NCBI GenBank assembly: GCA_004376105.1
Contig: SOKA01000091.1
Span: 1 to 55,851, forward strand
DNA: 55,851 nt
Reading direction: 5' to 3'
Origin: Dehalococcoidia bacterium
GTDB lineage: Bacteria; Chloroflexota; Dehalococcoidia; Dehalococcoidales; E44-bin46
Both the position numbers and the translations under genes were made by a program. The notes below the pieces were generated by a model, which was not told the DNA's origin, did not search any database, and saw only the letters and a program-made list of their open reading frames with translations. Within the stretch, counting starts at the first letter, position 1. Every line of letters starts with the position of its first letter. Positions 36,858 through 46,491 of this stretch are shown here, one piece after another.

Positions 36858-37712
36858 ATGGAGGTCATGACCGGCTGGGTTTACCAAACGGGATGGAAAG
36901 TCTTTGTCACCGTGGGCATTTGCCTTGGAACATTTATGATGATACGTCGCTTTGCCCCCTTAGCCATAAGGGGGACAGTGAAGCGTCAGATGAAACACAA
37001 ACGCAAGGTGGAGAGAGAAAAGAGGGTAAAGACCCTCGTTCGGCTTATAACCACCACCTCAGGTATAGGCCTGGGGATACTTGCTGCCTTCCTAGTTTCT
37101 CAGCAAGTGGGAATCAATATGACCGCTCCCCTAGTCGGCTTTGGGGTATTCGGCATCGCTATAGGCTTTGGTGCCCAGTACCTGATCCGCGACATTATTG
37201 CTGGATTCTTCATCTACCTTGAAAACCAGTACAATGTTGGCGATGTCATACGAGTGGGTAATATCGCTGGCGGGGTGGAGGAGATATCCCTCAGGAGGAC
37301 AATTCTGAGGGACCTTGACGGGGCACGCCATGTAATCCCCAATGGGGAGATCAGAATCGTGAGCAACCTCACCCAGGAATGGTCAAGGGCCCATCTCAAC
37401 ATAAGCGTGGCCTACAAGGAAGACCTCGACAGAGTTATGGCACTCATGAGGAAGACGTGGGAGGAGATGACCGAGGACACGAATTGGGGCTCCTTCATAA
37501 TTTCGAAAACCCCCTGGCTTCTTCGGGTGAATGAGTTCGGAAATTCGGGCATAACAATAAAGATGGTAGGAGAAACCCACCCCATCAAACAATGGGATGT
37601 CATGGGCGAATATAGAAGGAGAATAAAGAGGGTCTTCGATGAAGAGGGAATCGAGATTCCTTGGCCTCACGTTAAACTGTATTACGGCGAGTCTATGCCT
37701 CCCACCAGGTGA
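36858..37712 (+). CDS. Small-conductance mechanosensitive channel (MscS family)
   Basis: GFGAQYLIRDIIAGFFIYLENQYNVGDVIRV is the MscS pore-helix/beta-domain signature. Confidence 0.85.
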   Translation: MEVMTGWVYQTGWKVFVTVGICLGTFMMIRRFAPLAIRGTVKRQMKHKRKVEREKRVKTLVRLITTTSGIGLGILAAFLVSQQVGINMTAPLVGFGVFGIAIGFGAQYLIRDIIAGFFIYLENQYNVGDVIRVGNIAGGVEEISLRRTILRDLDGARHVIPNGEIRIVSNLTQEWSRAHLNISVAYKEDLDRVMALMRKTWEEMTEDTNWGSFIISKTPWLLRVNEFGNSGITIKMVGETHPIKQWDVMGEYRRRIKRVFDEEGIEIPWPHVKLYYGESMPPTR

Positions 37713-37762
37713 CAGGCAATATATTCAATTTCAACCAAATTCAAAGGCTCTCTTTAACCCGC

Positions 37763-38410
37763 CTAGTCTACCCCGGCTGCAATTCTAGCTAGCTCCCAGG
37801 AATACTCATAAAGGTGCAAGCCCTTACTCATGGCAATAATCTCACCATCGTCAACCCCTATCTCCCCTGCCATATACTCCTTCAAAAGCTGAATAGCTGC
37901 CAGGTTAGATGGAAAGCCAGCCCACAAGTCCCACGACCTGAAATAGACGACAAAATTGAGCCTATTATCACGGATTCTGGTATCTATTGCTCTCAGGCAT
38001 GGAGGGTCTGAGAGGAAAATAGATTGGCTATCACCCACCGCCATAAAAGCCTGATTAGTATTATAGCCATCTTCCTTATACATCTTGATTACTTCAGCTA
38101 TCTGCTTCTCCAAATACTGCCCGTAGGTATATTGCTCTCCTTCGGCTTTATGGGCGGTCATAAGATAGGGAAGATAACTTTCTACATAATCCATAGTGCT
38201 AGGAGGTGGCACACCCTGTGGCACATCTGGAATCAAAGGTTTTGTCCCCGGGTTCCTGACCTGAATTACTACAAAGTCAAGCTCTTTCCGACGCTGATCG
38301 GCGTAGCTCCCCCGCTCAATCTTATACTCATAACCCTCAGCCAAAATCTTACGCAGGCAAAGAAACCACGCCTCAGAAAGGTCTCTAGCTTCAATTACCG
38401 AAATCTTCAT
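37763..38410 (-). CDS. Thymidylate synthase family protein, short archaeal type
   Basis: 215 aa. PPCLRAIDTRI (nucleophile Cys) and YFRSWDLWAGFPSNLAAIQLL match the archaeal ThyA-like pattern (PCL ... FRSxD ... N). Confidence 0.75.
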   Translation of the reverse strand: MKISVIEARDLSEAWFLCLRKILAEGYEYKIERGSYADQRRKELDFVVIQVRNPGTKPLIPDVPQGVPPPSTMDYVESYLPYLMTAHKAEGEQYTYGQYLEKQIAEVIKMYKEDGYNTNQAFMAVGDSQSIFLSDPPCLRAIDTRIRDNRLNFVVYFRSWDLWAGFPSNLAAIQLLKEYMAGEIGVDDGEIIAMSKGLHLYEYSWELARIAAGVD

Positions 38411-38422
38411 AATATTAACCGG

Positions 38423-38605
38423 CTAAGCAGTCTTCCTCATCTCCTTCAGCTCTTTATTTACCTCCTCTAGCTCCGCCTCTAATTTCTGTTTATAATCCTC
38501 AAGCATACGGATATACTCATCTCTACGCGGGAAATAGGCTGGACCTCCAAACCAAAAACCGAAAGGAGGAAAACTAAAGCTAAACCTATGCCAGTGTCTA
38601 TACAT
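38423..38605 (-). CDS. Small protein (60 aa) with an aromatic/Gly-rich N-terminus and a coiled-coil C-terminus; DUF5320-like
   Basis: FPPFGFWFGGPAYFPRRDEY followed by LEDYKQKLEAELEEVNKELKEM. It is packed tightly between neighbouring genes. Confidence 0.45.
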   Translation of the reverse strand: MYRHWHRFSFSFPPFGFWFGGPAYFPRRDEYIRMLEDYKQKLEAELEEVNKELKEMRKTA

Positions 38606-38671
38606 TATCCCCTCCTACATAATTGCTTATCAACCCCGTTAGGAAATCTAACGGGGTCAACCTCACCCTCT

Positions 38672-39376
38672 TTATCGTCCCTTCTTGAAGATAGTAAAGA
38701 ATCTGTCCTCGTACTCCTCAAACAGGCCCCAGCGGTCAAGCTCCTCCTTTAGCTCACGAGGTTCACTCTCACCCTTTGAAACCTTCCTAAAGAACTCATC
38801 AATCCTTACCCTGGCATCAACCGGAATACCATCAGCGTCTATATCCAAAAGTCCTCTAGCCTCCATTTGTAATAGGTTATTGCGCAGGGAACTTCTGGTC
38901 ATCTCATAAATAAACTTCATCAACGACACATCCCAAAGTTCATCCTCACCCTTAATAATAGAGGTTAGCGGGTCAGCACGCTTATCAATTTCAGCATTTA
39001 GCTTATCTACCACTGATAGCAAATCTTCAGACACAATGGTAAGCTCTTTAGGCTCATTCCTGTAGCTATAAAATAGCCCAGGAATATTAGGACCGTGAGT
39101 CCTAGTTAGCATATCAAAATACCTTTTGGCCTCCGAGCTAAATCCTTCGAGCCTGGAAAGATAATAGGGGGTTACAATCCTCGGCTTCTCAGCAATTACT
39201 CTCCCCTCTCTAACCACAGTCTCAGTGACATTCTTTACCAGCTCGGCGTAAACAGGTTTGGTAACCAGATAGTAGTATATATTTGTGGTGCCGAAAGTGG
39301 CTAAGCTCTGCTTAGGTGGCCTCAGTATCTCAGTGTGCTTAACTGCTTCTCTAATCCTTTCGTCATCAATATCCAT
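38672..39376 (-). CDS. Hypothetical protein (234 aa)
   Basis: Clean ORF in operon context. I recognise no motif. Confidence 0.6.
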   Translation of the reverse strand: MDIDDERIREAVKHTEILRPPKQSLATFGTTNIYYYLVTKPVYAELVKNVTETVVREGRVIAEKPRIVTPYYLSRLEGFSSEAKRYFDMLTRTHGPNIPGLFYSYRNEPKELTIVSEDLLSVVDKLNAEIDKRADPLTSIIKGEDELWDVSLMKFIYEMTRSSLRNNLLQMEARGLLDIDADGIPVDARVRIDEFFRKVSKGESEPRELKEELDRWGLFEEYEDRFFTIFKKGR

Positions 39377-39386
39377 TAGATTCCCC

Positions 39387-39755
39387 TCAGCCTTCCTTTA
39401 ATAAATGACTTCTGAGACCGGCTCCCCGACAAAAGACTCGCCTTATCTTGGAAACATTCACCGGCATAACTACCTTTATCTCACTATTTTTGCAGCATAT
39501 TTCCTCACGTCCAGGGTCAAGGGCTACATCTACCCTCTCCCCCTCAATCTCAGTATAGACATGGACGAAAACAATAGGAAAATTATGCCATTTCTTAACC
39601 GGCGTTATTGCTATACAACCAATCAAATCAACCCTCATTCCCAGCTCCGCTGCCTTAGCTTTTATCTGCAAAGATTTATGGATACAGTTATTACTGACTA
39701 GAGAATAAGGTTGCCTATATACTGCATCTATAAAAGCTGATAATTTATCGTTCAT
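39387..39755 (-). CDS. Mini transglutaminase-like (papain-fold Cys-His-Asp) protein
   Basis: NNCIHKS...AAELGMRVDLIGC...FVHVYTEIEGERVDVALDP follows the transglutaminase-core pattern (C ... R..G.....G ... H.W.E ... DP). Confidence 0.5.
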   Translation of the reverse strand: MNDKLSAFIDAVYRQPYSLVSNNCIHKSLQIKAKAAELGMRVDLIGCIAITPVKKWHNFPIVFVHVYTEIEGERVDVALDPGREEICCKNSEIKVVMPVNVSKIRRVFCRGAGLRSHLLKEG

Positions 39756-39763
39756 TACACACC

Positions 39764-40354
39764 CTAAGATATAGCTGATAGCTCCTGCTTGTATTCGTCC
39801 AAAAGCTTAAGGTATTGTGAATCTAGCTGAGTCTGCATCTTGCGCCATTCTTCTTGGAACTGGGGCTGCTTTTCCACATCTATTTTAATTCCCACAAATG
39901 AGCCTAACTGCTGCTGAAGTGCCTGCTTTATCTTAGCTTCAAATTCAGCCTTTAATGACTCATAAGCCTGCTTTCTCTGCTGCTCACCCTCCCCTACATA
40001 GTGGTCAAAGATGCGCCTCATCTTACTGTAGACATTCTCCACACTGGCTTTATCGCTCTTAACCGTCTTTAAACCCTCCATTGCCCTTCTATTATTTCTT
40101 TTAGCCAAATCGCTACTGGGTAGGTTGATATTTCTAATTAGTATATCACCGACCCCTTCCATAATATATTTTTTAATACTTTCCTCATACTGGCTCAGCT
40201 CAACCACCAAATTACAACCTTGCTTAATATATCTGGCAGCTAGCTTTTCCCCCTCCGGGACATATTTCCATTTCAGGCGCTCTTCATCAGTTGCCTTACC
40301 TAACTTTTCCGCCTTTTCCATAGCTATCTCAAGAGCGCTCTTTATCTCACCCAT
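39764..40354 (-). CDS. Hypothetical all-helical protein (196 aa)
   Basis: Clean ORF and first gene of the minus-strand operon. No motif recognised. Confidence 0.6.
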   Translation of the reverse strand: MGEIKSALEIAMEKAEKLGKATDEERLKWKYVPEGEKLAARYIKQGCNLVVELSQYEESIKKYIMEGVGDILIRNINLPSSDLAKRNNRRAMEGLKTVKSDKASVENVYSKMRRIFDHYVGEGEQQRKQAYESLKAEFEAKIKQALQQQLGSFVGIKIDVEKQPQFQEEWRKMQTQLDSQYLKLLDEYKQELSAIS

Positions 40355-40429
40355 CTAGGTCTCCAGATGTTATTCTTACCTTAATATTATACTAAAATGG
40401 GATGAGGTAATAAATACTCTCTATAGTTT

Positions 40430-40879
40430 ATGTCTATCCTGGTAAATGATATAATCTATCTAGTGGAGAAGGAGTTTGAAATCATAGACCATACGGCTGA
40501 TGTTGGCGTTATAGCCTATGGTGCCAGCGTGAACCAGGCGTTTGTCAATGCGGCTAGAGCTTTGTTCAGCCTGATAACTGAGCTTGATAATGTAGAAGAG
40601 GTTGTTTACCGAGATATAGAGCTGGTAGCCCCTGACCAAGAAAGCCTGCTGGTAGAATGGCTAAACGAGCTCATTTATCTATTTGACACTGAGAATATTA
40701 TTTTTAAGAGGTTTGATATTACCCAGCTTAACAGTACCCAACTTAAAGCTAGAGGCTATGGAGAGAAGGTAGATAGTTCCAAGCATAAGCTAAAAACAGG
40801 GGTCAAAGCAGCCACTTACCATATGCTAAAGGTTGAGAAAACCAATGGTTGCCAAGTTCAGGTATTGTTTGATATTTAG
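40430..40879 (+). CDS. Archease (RtcB activator)
   Basis: FEIIDHTADVGVIAYG and KAATYHMLKV are archease hallmarks. rtcB lies directly downstream. Confidence 0.85.
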   Translation: MSILVNDIIYLVEKEFEIIDHTADVGVIAYGASVNQAFVNAARALFSLITELDNVEEVVYRDIELVAPDQESLLVEWLNELIYLFDTENIIFKRFDITQLNSTQLKARGYGEKVDSSKHKLKTGVKAATYHMLKVEKTNGCQVQVLFDI

Positions 40880-40890
40880 CGGAGGTAAAA

Positions 40891-42351
40891 ATGCCAGCAC
40901 CTTGGCAAGGAACACTAAAGAAGATAGATGACTATCGATGGGAGATTCCCAAAAGCTATAAAGCGGGTATGCTGGTGCCTGGTCTAATTTTTGCCAGCGA
41001 ATCAATGCTCAGCCATATCTGGCAAGAGCAGGTTTTTCAACAAGTAGCTAACGTGGCTTTCCTACCGGGTATTGTAGACCATTCACTGGCTATGCCTGAT
41101 ATTCACTGGGGCTATGGCTTCCCTATAGGGGGGGTAGCCGCCACTAGGGTAAAGGACGGAGTAATATCACCCGGTGGTGTCGGTTTTGATATCAATTGCG
41201 GTGTCAGGCTCTTGCGCACAAACCTTACCGAGGAAGAGGTAAGGCCCAAGATTGAACAGATAACTGCCGAACTCTATGTTAACGTTCCTTCCGGAGTCGG
41301 TTCCAAAGGTAAGCTAAGGGTGAATGAAAAGGAACTGGGTGAAGTCATGGTGAAGGGTAGCCTCTGGGCAGCAGAAAGGGGCTACGGAGAGGCTGAGGAT
41401 GTCAGGGTTACTGAAGAGTCAGGCTGTATCAAAGGGGCCAATCCGAATAAGGTAAGTAGCAAGGCCAAACAGCGCGGTATCCCACAACTGGGAACCTTGG
41501 GTTCTGGTAATCACTTCTTAGAGGTGGAGGTAGTAGATGAAATCTATGACCGTGATGCCGCCAAAGTTATGGGCATTGAGGATGTTGGGCAGGTGCTTGT
41601 CTTGATTCACACCGGCTCCCGGGGCTTCGGGCACCAGGTCTGTACCGATTATGTAGCCTTACTGGGCCAGGCGGTGAAAAGATACGGTATTAATCTCCCC
41701 GACCGCCAGCTTGCTTGCGCCCCAGTAAACTCACCAGAGGGACAAGACTACCTCCAAGCTATGTCCTGTGCTGCTAACTATGCCTGGACTAACCGACAGT
41801 GCATCACTCACTGGGTTAGAGAGTCTTTAGTTAAGGTCTTGGGTAAGAGCCGGAGGGAACTGGGGCTGGAACAGATTTATGACGTATGTCATAACATCGC
41901 TAAGATAGAGGACTACACTATTGATGGTAAGAAACAAACGCTTTGCGTTCACCGCAAGGGAGCAACCAGGGCCTTCCCTGCTGGGCACCCTGATATTCCT
42001 GATATTTATAGAGGCATAGGTCAGCCGGTTCTCATTCCCGGGGATATGGGGCGCTGCTCCTATATAGCAGTGGGCACAGAAACAGCAATGAAGGAGTCCT
42101 TTGGCTCCACCTGCCACGGTGCGGGCAGGACGCAGAGTCGGACTGCAGCCAAGCGCAGCCGTAGGGGGGCTGATGTTGTCAAAGCATTAGCCGCCAAGGG
42201 GATTACGGTTAAGGTAGGTAATATAGGTTCACTGGCTGAGGAAGCCTCTGAAGCCTACAAGGATGTAACTGAGGTGGTTGATATAACCCATAAGGCAGGT
42301 CTCTCTCGTAAGGTAGCCAGGGCAATACCTATGGGTGTAATTAAGGGGTAG
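40891..42351 (+). CDS. rtcB: RNA 3'-phosphate ligase RtcB
   Basis: MPDIHWGYGFPIGG, GFDINCGVR, GSGNHFLEV, HTGSRGFGHQV and STCHGAGR. Confidence 0.92.
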   Translation: MPAPWQGTLKKIDDYRWEIPKSYKAGMLVPGLIFASESMLSHIWQEQVFQQVANVAFLPGIVDHSLAMPDIHWGYGFPIGGVAATRVKDGVISPGGVGFDINCGVRLLRTNLTEEEVRPKIEQITAELYVNVPSGVGSKGKLRVNEKELGEVMVKGSLWAAERGYGEAEDVRVTEESGCIKGANPNKVSSKAKQRGIPQLGTLGSGNHFLEVEVVDEIYDRDAAKVMGIEDVGQVLVLIHTGSRGFGHQVCTDYVALLGQAVKRYGINLPDRQLACAPVNSPEGQDYLQAMSCAANYAWTNRQCITHWVRESLVKVLGKSRRELGLEQIYDVCHNIAKIEDYTIDGKKQTLCVHRKGATRAFPAGHPDIPDIYRGIGQPVLIPGDMGRCSYIAVGTETAMKESFGSTCHGAGRTQSRTAAKRSRRGADVVKALAAKGITVKVGNIGSLAEEASEAYKDVTEVVDITHKAGLSRKVARAIPMGVIKG

Positions 42352-42355
42352 AAGA

Positions 42356-43267
42356 ATGTATTTCAAAAATGTTATTGATGCCATAGGGCATACTCCATTA
42401 GTAGAAATGGCTCAGATGAGCCCGAATAAAAAGGTTAAAATTCTGGCTAAGCTGGAGGGGCAAAACCCGGGAGGAAGTGCCAGTATCAAAGACCGAGTGG
42501 CGAAATATATGATGGAAAAGGCGGAGCGGAGTAGAGAATTAACCAAGGGCAAGACTATCATCGAAGCCACCAGTGGCAATACCGGGATAGCTCTAGCCTG
42601 GCTGGGGTATAACAAAGGGTATAAGGTCACCATTGTGATGCCCGACAATATGAGCCTGGAGAGACAACAATTACTCAGAATCTTTGGTGCTGAGCTTATT
42701 CTTACCAGAGGTGCCGATGGAATGAAAGCGGCTATTGACACCGCCAAGGAACTAGCGGCTCAAGATAAAAGATGCTATATGCCCGACCAGTTCTCTAACC
42801 CGGCCAATCCACTGGCTCACTATGAGACTACTGGCGCCGAAATAATAGAGGATTTCCCCTACGACCGAATTGATGTCCTAATTACTGGCATTGGCACTGG
42901 CGGAACTATAGTTGGCATTGCCCAACGACTAAAGGAGAAGTATCCCAATATCAAGGTGATTGGTGTTGAACCGCCGGCTGGCGATAGCATCCAAGGCTTA
43001 AAGTGCCTTGAAGAACTTGGAGAGGCTCCACCCTTTCTGGATTTGAGCCTTATTACCGAAAGGACTATTGTTAATAGCCAGCAGGCAGCTATAGCCACCA
43101 GGCAATTGCTGGATAAGGAAGGGATTTTTGCCGGGTTATCCTCAGGAGCCGTAGTCCATCAAGCCATTAAGGTTGCCAGCGAGATGGATGAGGGCAATAT
43201 AGTAGTCGTGTTGGCTGATGGGGGATGGAAATACCTCAGTCTGGACTTCTGGAATAAAGCTAAGTAG
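42356..43267 (+). CDS. cysK: Cysteine synthase (O-acetylserine sulfhydrylase family)
   Basis: GGSASIKDR (PLP Lys), TSGNTGIALA and GIGTGGT. Confidence 0.9.
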   Translation: MYFKNVIDAIGHTPLVEMAQMSPNKKVKILAKLEGQNPGGSASIKDRVAKYMMEKAERSRELTKGKTIIEATSGNTGIALAWLGYNKGYKVTIVMPDNMSLERQQLLRIFGAELILTRGADGMKAAIDTAKELAAQDKRCYMPDQFSNPANPLAHYETTGAEIIEDFPYDRIDVLITGIGTGGTIVGIAQRLKEKYPNIKVIGVEPPAGDSIQGLKCLEELGEAPPFLDLSLITERTIVNSQQAAIATRQLLDKEGIFAGLSSGAVVHQAIKVASEMDEGNIVVVLADGGWKYLSLDFWNKAK

Positions 43268-43269
43268 AT

Positions 43270-43899
43270 ATGGGCACAGGTCAGTCGACAGAAATTCATC
43301 TGCCCTCACCAAGCCAAAAAGGCAGCATATCACTGGAGGAGGCTATTACCCGAAGAAGGTCGATAAGAGACTTCACCCCAGAGCCTATCTCTCAGTCACA
43401 GCTATCCCAGATATTATGGGCCACCCAAGGTATCACTGATACCTCATTGAAATTAAGAGCCGTCCCCAGTGCTGGCGCTACCTATCCCCTGGAAATTTTT
43501 GTTGTTTGTGGCCAGAATGGTATTGAAGAAATAGGTGATGGCATATATCACTATAGTATAGCTCACCACTCTCTGACTCTGCACCACAAAGGAGATGTAC
43601 GATTAGACCTAGCCAGAGCATCATTAAACCAAGAATTCATATATGAAGCTCCGGTAGATATAGTTATTTGCGCTCTATATCAGCGGACCACTCTAGGCTA
43701 TGGTAGCCGAGGGGAAAGGTATGTGCATATGGAAGTAGGACACGCCGGGCAGAATATCTATCTTCAGGCTACCGCCCTTGGTCTGGCTACCGTAGCCATC
43801 GGTGCCTTTAACGATGAACAAGTCAGACAAGTGCTACGACTAGACAAGCAATATAAGCCTCTATACATTATGCCAGTAGGTAGACCAGCTAGAAGTTAA
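43270..43899 (+). CDS. SagB/ThcOx-type nitroreductase family protein
   Basis: RRSIRDF.., RAVPSAGATYPLEIFVV and GHAGQNIYLQATALGL. Confidence 0.75.
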   Translation: MGTGQSTEIHLPSPSQKGSISLEEAITRRRSIRDFTPEPISQSQLSQILWATQGITDTSLKLRAVPSAGATYPLEIFVVCGQNGIEEIGDGIYHYSIAHHSLTLHHKGDVRLDLARASLNQEFIYEAPVDIVICALYQRTTLGYGSRGERYVHMEVGHAGQNIYLQATALGLATVAIGAFNDEQVRQVLRLDKQYKPLYIMPVGRPARS

Positions 43900-43999
43900 G
43901 ACTGGACCTGGACTAAAAACACTACCTAGCCTATTCTCTTTATGGACTAAATTCGGCTATTCTTCCCCCCTTGATAAACAATCTTGTCCCAGGGGTAAA

Positions 44000-44028
44000 T
44001 TGACAAGCCCAAGGTTTAATATTATTAT
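44000..44028 (+). promoter_or_regulatory. Putative promoter placed only about 10 nt before the ATG, implying a near-leaderless transcript
   Basis: TTGACA (44000-44005), 17-nt spacer, TATTAT (44023-44028). The ATG is at 44038 and has no clear Shine-Dalgarno sequence. Confidence 0.4.
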
Positions 44029-44037
44029 CGTGAAGAT

Positions 44038-45246
44038 ATGGCAAAAACGATTGAGGAAATAAACGAGAAGATAGGAGAGGGCAAAGCGGTAGTAGTTACT
44101 GCTGAAGAGCTAATAGACATTGTTAAGCAGAAGGGTATTAAGAAGGCAGCGCAGGAAGTGGATGTAGTTACTACAGGTACCTTTGGCCCTATGTGTTCAT
44201 CTGGTGCCTATCTTAATATTGGACACTCTAAGCCAAGAATCAAGTTGGGTGGTGGTAGAACCTATCTCAATGATGTCCTGGCTTATACTGGCTTTGCCGC
44301 AATAGATATACTCATAGGGGCTAACGCCCTTCCCGATGATGACCCCAGAAACAGAATCTACCCCGGCGAGTTCAATTATGGTGGTGGGCATGTAATTGAA
44401 GAGCTTGTAGCTGGAAAGGATGTCAGATTGGTAGCTACTGCTTACGGCACGGATTGCTACCCCAGGAAAAGGCTTGAAACCTGGATAAATATACAAGACC
44501 TTAATGAGGCAGTGCTATTCAACCTCAGGAACGCTTATCAAAATTATAATGTGGCGGTGAACCCGTCTGATAAGACGATTTACACCTATATGGGGGTATT
44601 AAAATCTAACTTGGGCAATGCTAACTTTTGTAGTGCTGGGCAGCTTTCGCCACTGCTCAACGACCCATATTATAAGACCATTGGCATCGGCACCAAGATA
44701 TTCCTGGGCGGTGGCATAGGCTTTATTGCTTGGCAAGGCACCCAGCATAATCCGAATGTGATCCGTTCTGAGAATGGAGTACCCAGAAGAGGAGCTGGCA
44801 CCCTTGCCGTAATAGGCGATTTGAAGCAGATGAAGCCACGATGGCTGTTAGGAACAAGCATGCTGGGCTATGGTTGCACCATAACTGTGGGCATTGGAGT
44901 CCCCATCCCTATACTCTCTGAAGAAATCTTGCAATATACAGCAGTAAGTGATGATGAAATTTCTGCCCCAGTGGTAGATTACTCAGAGGCATACCCCCAA
45001 ATGAGGCCAGATATCCTGGGAGAGGTCAGTTATGCTCAATTAAAGAGTGGTGAAATAATAGTTCAGGGTAAGGAGGTGCCTACTGCTTCCTTATCTAGCT
45101 ACTCACGGGCTGTGGAAATTGCCACCATTCTAAAGGAGTGGATACTAAGCGGAAGATTCCTATTAACTGAACCAGTAGCGCTTTTACCTGGGGTGGAATC
45201 AGGTATAACCCTTAAGCCACTTAAGGAACGACCGATAGAGGAGTAA
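44038..45246 (+). CDS. Homocysteine biosynthesis protein, COG1900/DUF39 family (methanogen MA1821-type)
   Basis: 402 aa. N-terminus KTIEEINEKIGEGKAVVVTAEE..VDVVTTGTFGPMCSSGA is typical of COG1900. It is followed by a NIL-ferredoxin gene, as in methanogens. Confidence 0.8.
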   Translation: MAKTIEEINEKIGEGKAVVVTAEELIDIVKQKGIKKAAQEVDVVTTGTFGPMCSSGAYLNIGHSKPRIKLGGGRTYLNDVLAYTGFAAIDILIGANALPDDDPRNRIYPGEFNYGGGHVIEELVAGKDVRLVATAYGTDCYPRKRLETWINIQDLNEAVLFNLRNAYQNYNVAVNPSDKTIYTYMGVLKSNLGNANFCSAGQLSPLLNDPYYKTIGIGTKIFLGGGIGFIAWQGTQHNPNVIRSENGVPRRGAGTLAVIGDLKQMKPRWLLGTSMLGYGCTITVGIGVPIPILSEEILQYTAVSDDEISAPVVDYSEAYPQMRPDILGEVSYAQLKSGEIIVQGKEVPTASLSSYSRAVEIATILKEWILSGRFLLTEPVALLPGVESGITLKPLKERPIEE

Positions 45247-45326
45247 AGATACTATTTTAAGAAATTCCTAGACAGGGTAACCTGGTGAGAACTTTTACTC
45301 CTTACTGGAGCTAAATAGCAACGGAG

Positions 45327-45746
45327 GTGATAAAAACGGCTGTTTCTAAGAGAATTGTACTGCATTTTCCCAAGCGGCTGGTAGAGCGAGCCATAGTCAG
45401 CCGACTGGTTAAGGAATATAACCTCGACTTTAACATTTTGAAGGCTTCAGTTACCCCGGATGAAGAAGGCCTAATGGTACTGGAATTGACCGGGAAACAA
45501 GCAGACTATGATAGAGGTATCAGGTATTTAGCTGAGACTGGAGTGAGGATTCAATCGCTTAGCCAAGATGTTACCCGTAATGAGGAAAGGTGCACTCATT
45601 GTGGCGCCTGTATAACTATTTGCCCTACCGCTGCCTTTGAGCTTGACTTTGTAACCAGGCGGGTTAACTTTCATGATGAAAAATGCCTGGCTTGCGAACT
45701 ATGTATAAAGGCTTGCCCTCCAAGAGCGATGGAGCTGCATTTTTAG
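45327..45746 (+). CDS. NIL domain plus 2x[4Fe-4S] ferredoxin protein (MA1822-type)
   Basis: N-terminal NIL-like region (IVSRLVKEYNLDFNILKASV..GLMVLEL.G) and two cluster motifs, CTHCGACITICP and CLACELCIKACP. GTG start. Confidence 0.8.
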   Translation: MIKTAVSKRIVLHFPKRLVERAIVSRLVKEYNLDFNILKASVTPDEEGLMVLELTGKQADYDRGIRYLAETGVRIQSLSQDVTRNEERCTHCGACITICPTAAFELDFVTRRVNFHDEKCLACELCIKACPPRAMELHF

Positions 45747-45749
45747 CTA

Positions 45750-46478
45750 ATGTATGAGCCGAGAACCTACCGGCATTGGATTAAAGCTGGAGACTTAATC
45801 TCTTTTAATATAGTAGTAAAAGAGACGGATTTATATATTCGTGCCTCAACTAACCTGAGAAGAAAAGCCCTCAAGCTAGTATCAAAGTATCGTGATATAT
45901 TGGAAAGGTATATTAGGCGATATCCTACTTTTCTAACCTCCCTGGAACCCCTCCCCGTTGATGAGAATGCTCCGCATATTGTAAAGGCGATGTCAGAGTC
46001 AGCAAACAGGGTTGGAGTTGGTCCTATGGCTTCAGTAGCCGGGGCTATAGCTGAATTTGTTGGCACTGAACTACTAGCCTTTTCGCCAGAGATAATTGTA
46101 GAAAATGGGGGCGATATTTACCTGAAGAGCTTGGGGAAAAGACTAGTGGGGATTTATGCTGGCAAATCGCCGTTAACCGGCAAAATTGGACTAGAAATCA
46201 ACGGGGCAGATACACCATTAGGGATTTGTACCTCTTCGGGAACAGTAGGGCATTCTCTGAGTTATGGGAAGGCTGATGCAGTTATAGTGCTTTCTAAATC
46301 AGCTACTCTGGCTGATGCTGCTGCCACCGCTATAGCAAACTTGATTAAACAACCAGGTGATATCCCCAGTGGGATTGAGTTAGCTAAAGGTATTGAGGGC
46401 GTATTAGGAGTGATAATCATTAAAGATGATAACACAGGGCTTTGGGGTAAGGTGAAAATTTGCCAGATGTCCATATAA
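45750..46478 (+). CDS. UPF0280 / COG2122 (ApbE-like, MA1715-type) protein
   Basis: MYEPRTYRHWIKAGDLISFNIVVKETDLYIRA.. and MASVAGAIAEFVG match the UPF0280 pattern. Confidence 0.7.
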   Translation: MYEPRTYRHWIKAGDLISFNIVVKETDLYIRASTNLRRKALKLVSKYRDILERYIRRYPTFLTSLEPLPVDENAPHIVKAMSESANRVGVGPMASVAGAIAEFVGTELLAFSPEIIVENGGDIYLKSLGKRLVGIYAGKSPLTGKIGLEINGADTPLGICTSSGTVGHSLSYGKADAVIVLSKSATLADAAATAIANLIKQPGDIPSGIELAKGIEGVLGVIIIKDDNTGLWGKVKICQMSI

Positions 46479-46491
46479 AAGAGGGACAGAA

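Noticed and set aside
36851-37222. 123-aa plus-strand ORF overlapping the start of the MscS gene in another frame
   Set aside because: The 36858 frame gives a full-length MscS protein with family motifs. The alternative frame has no recognisable features.
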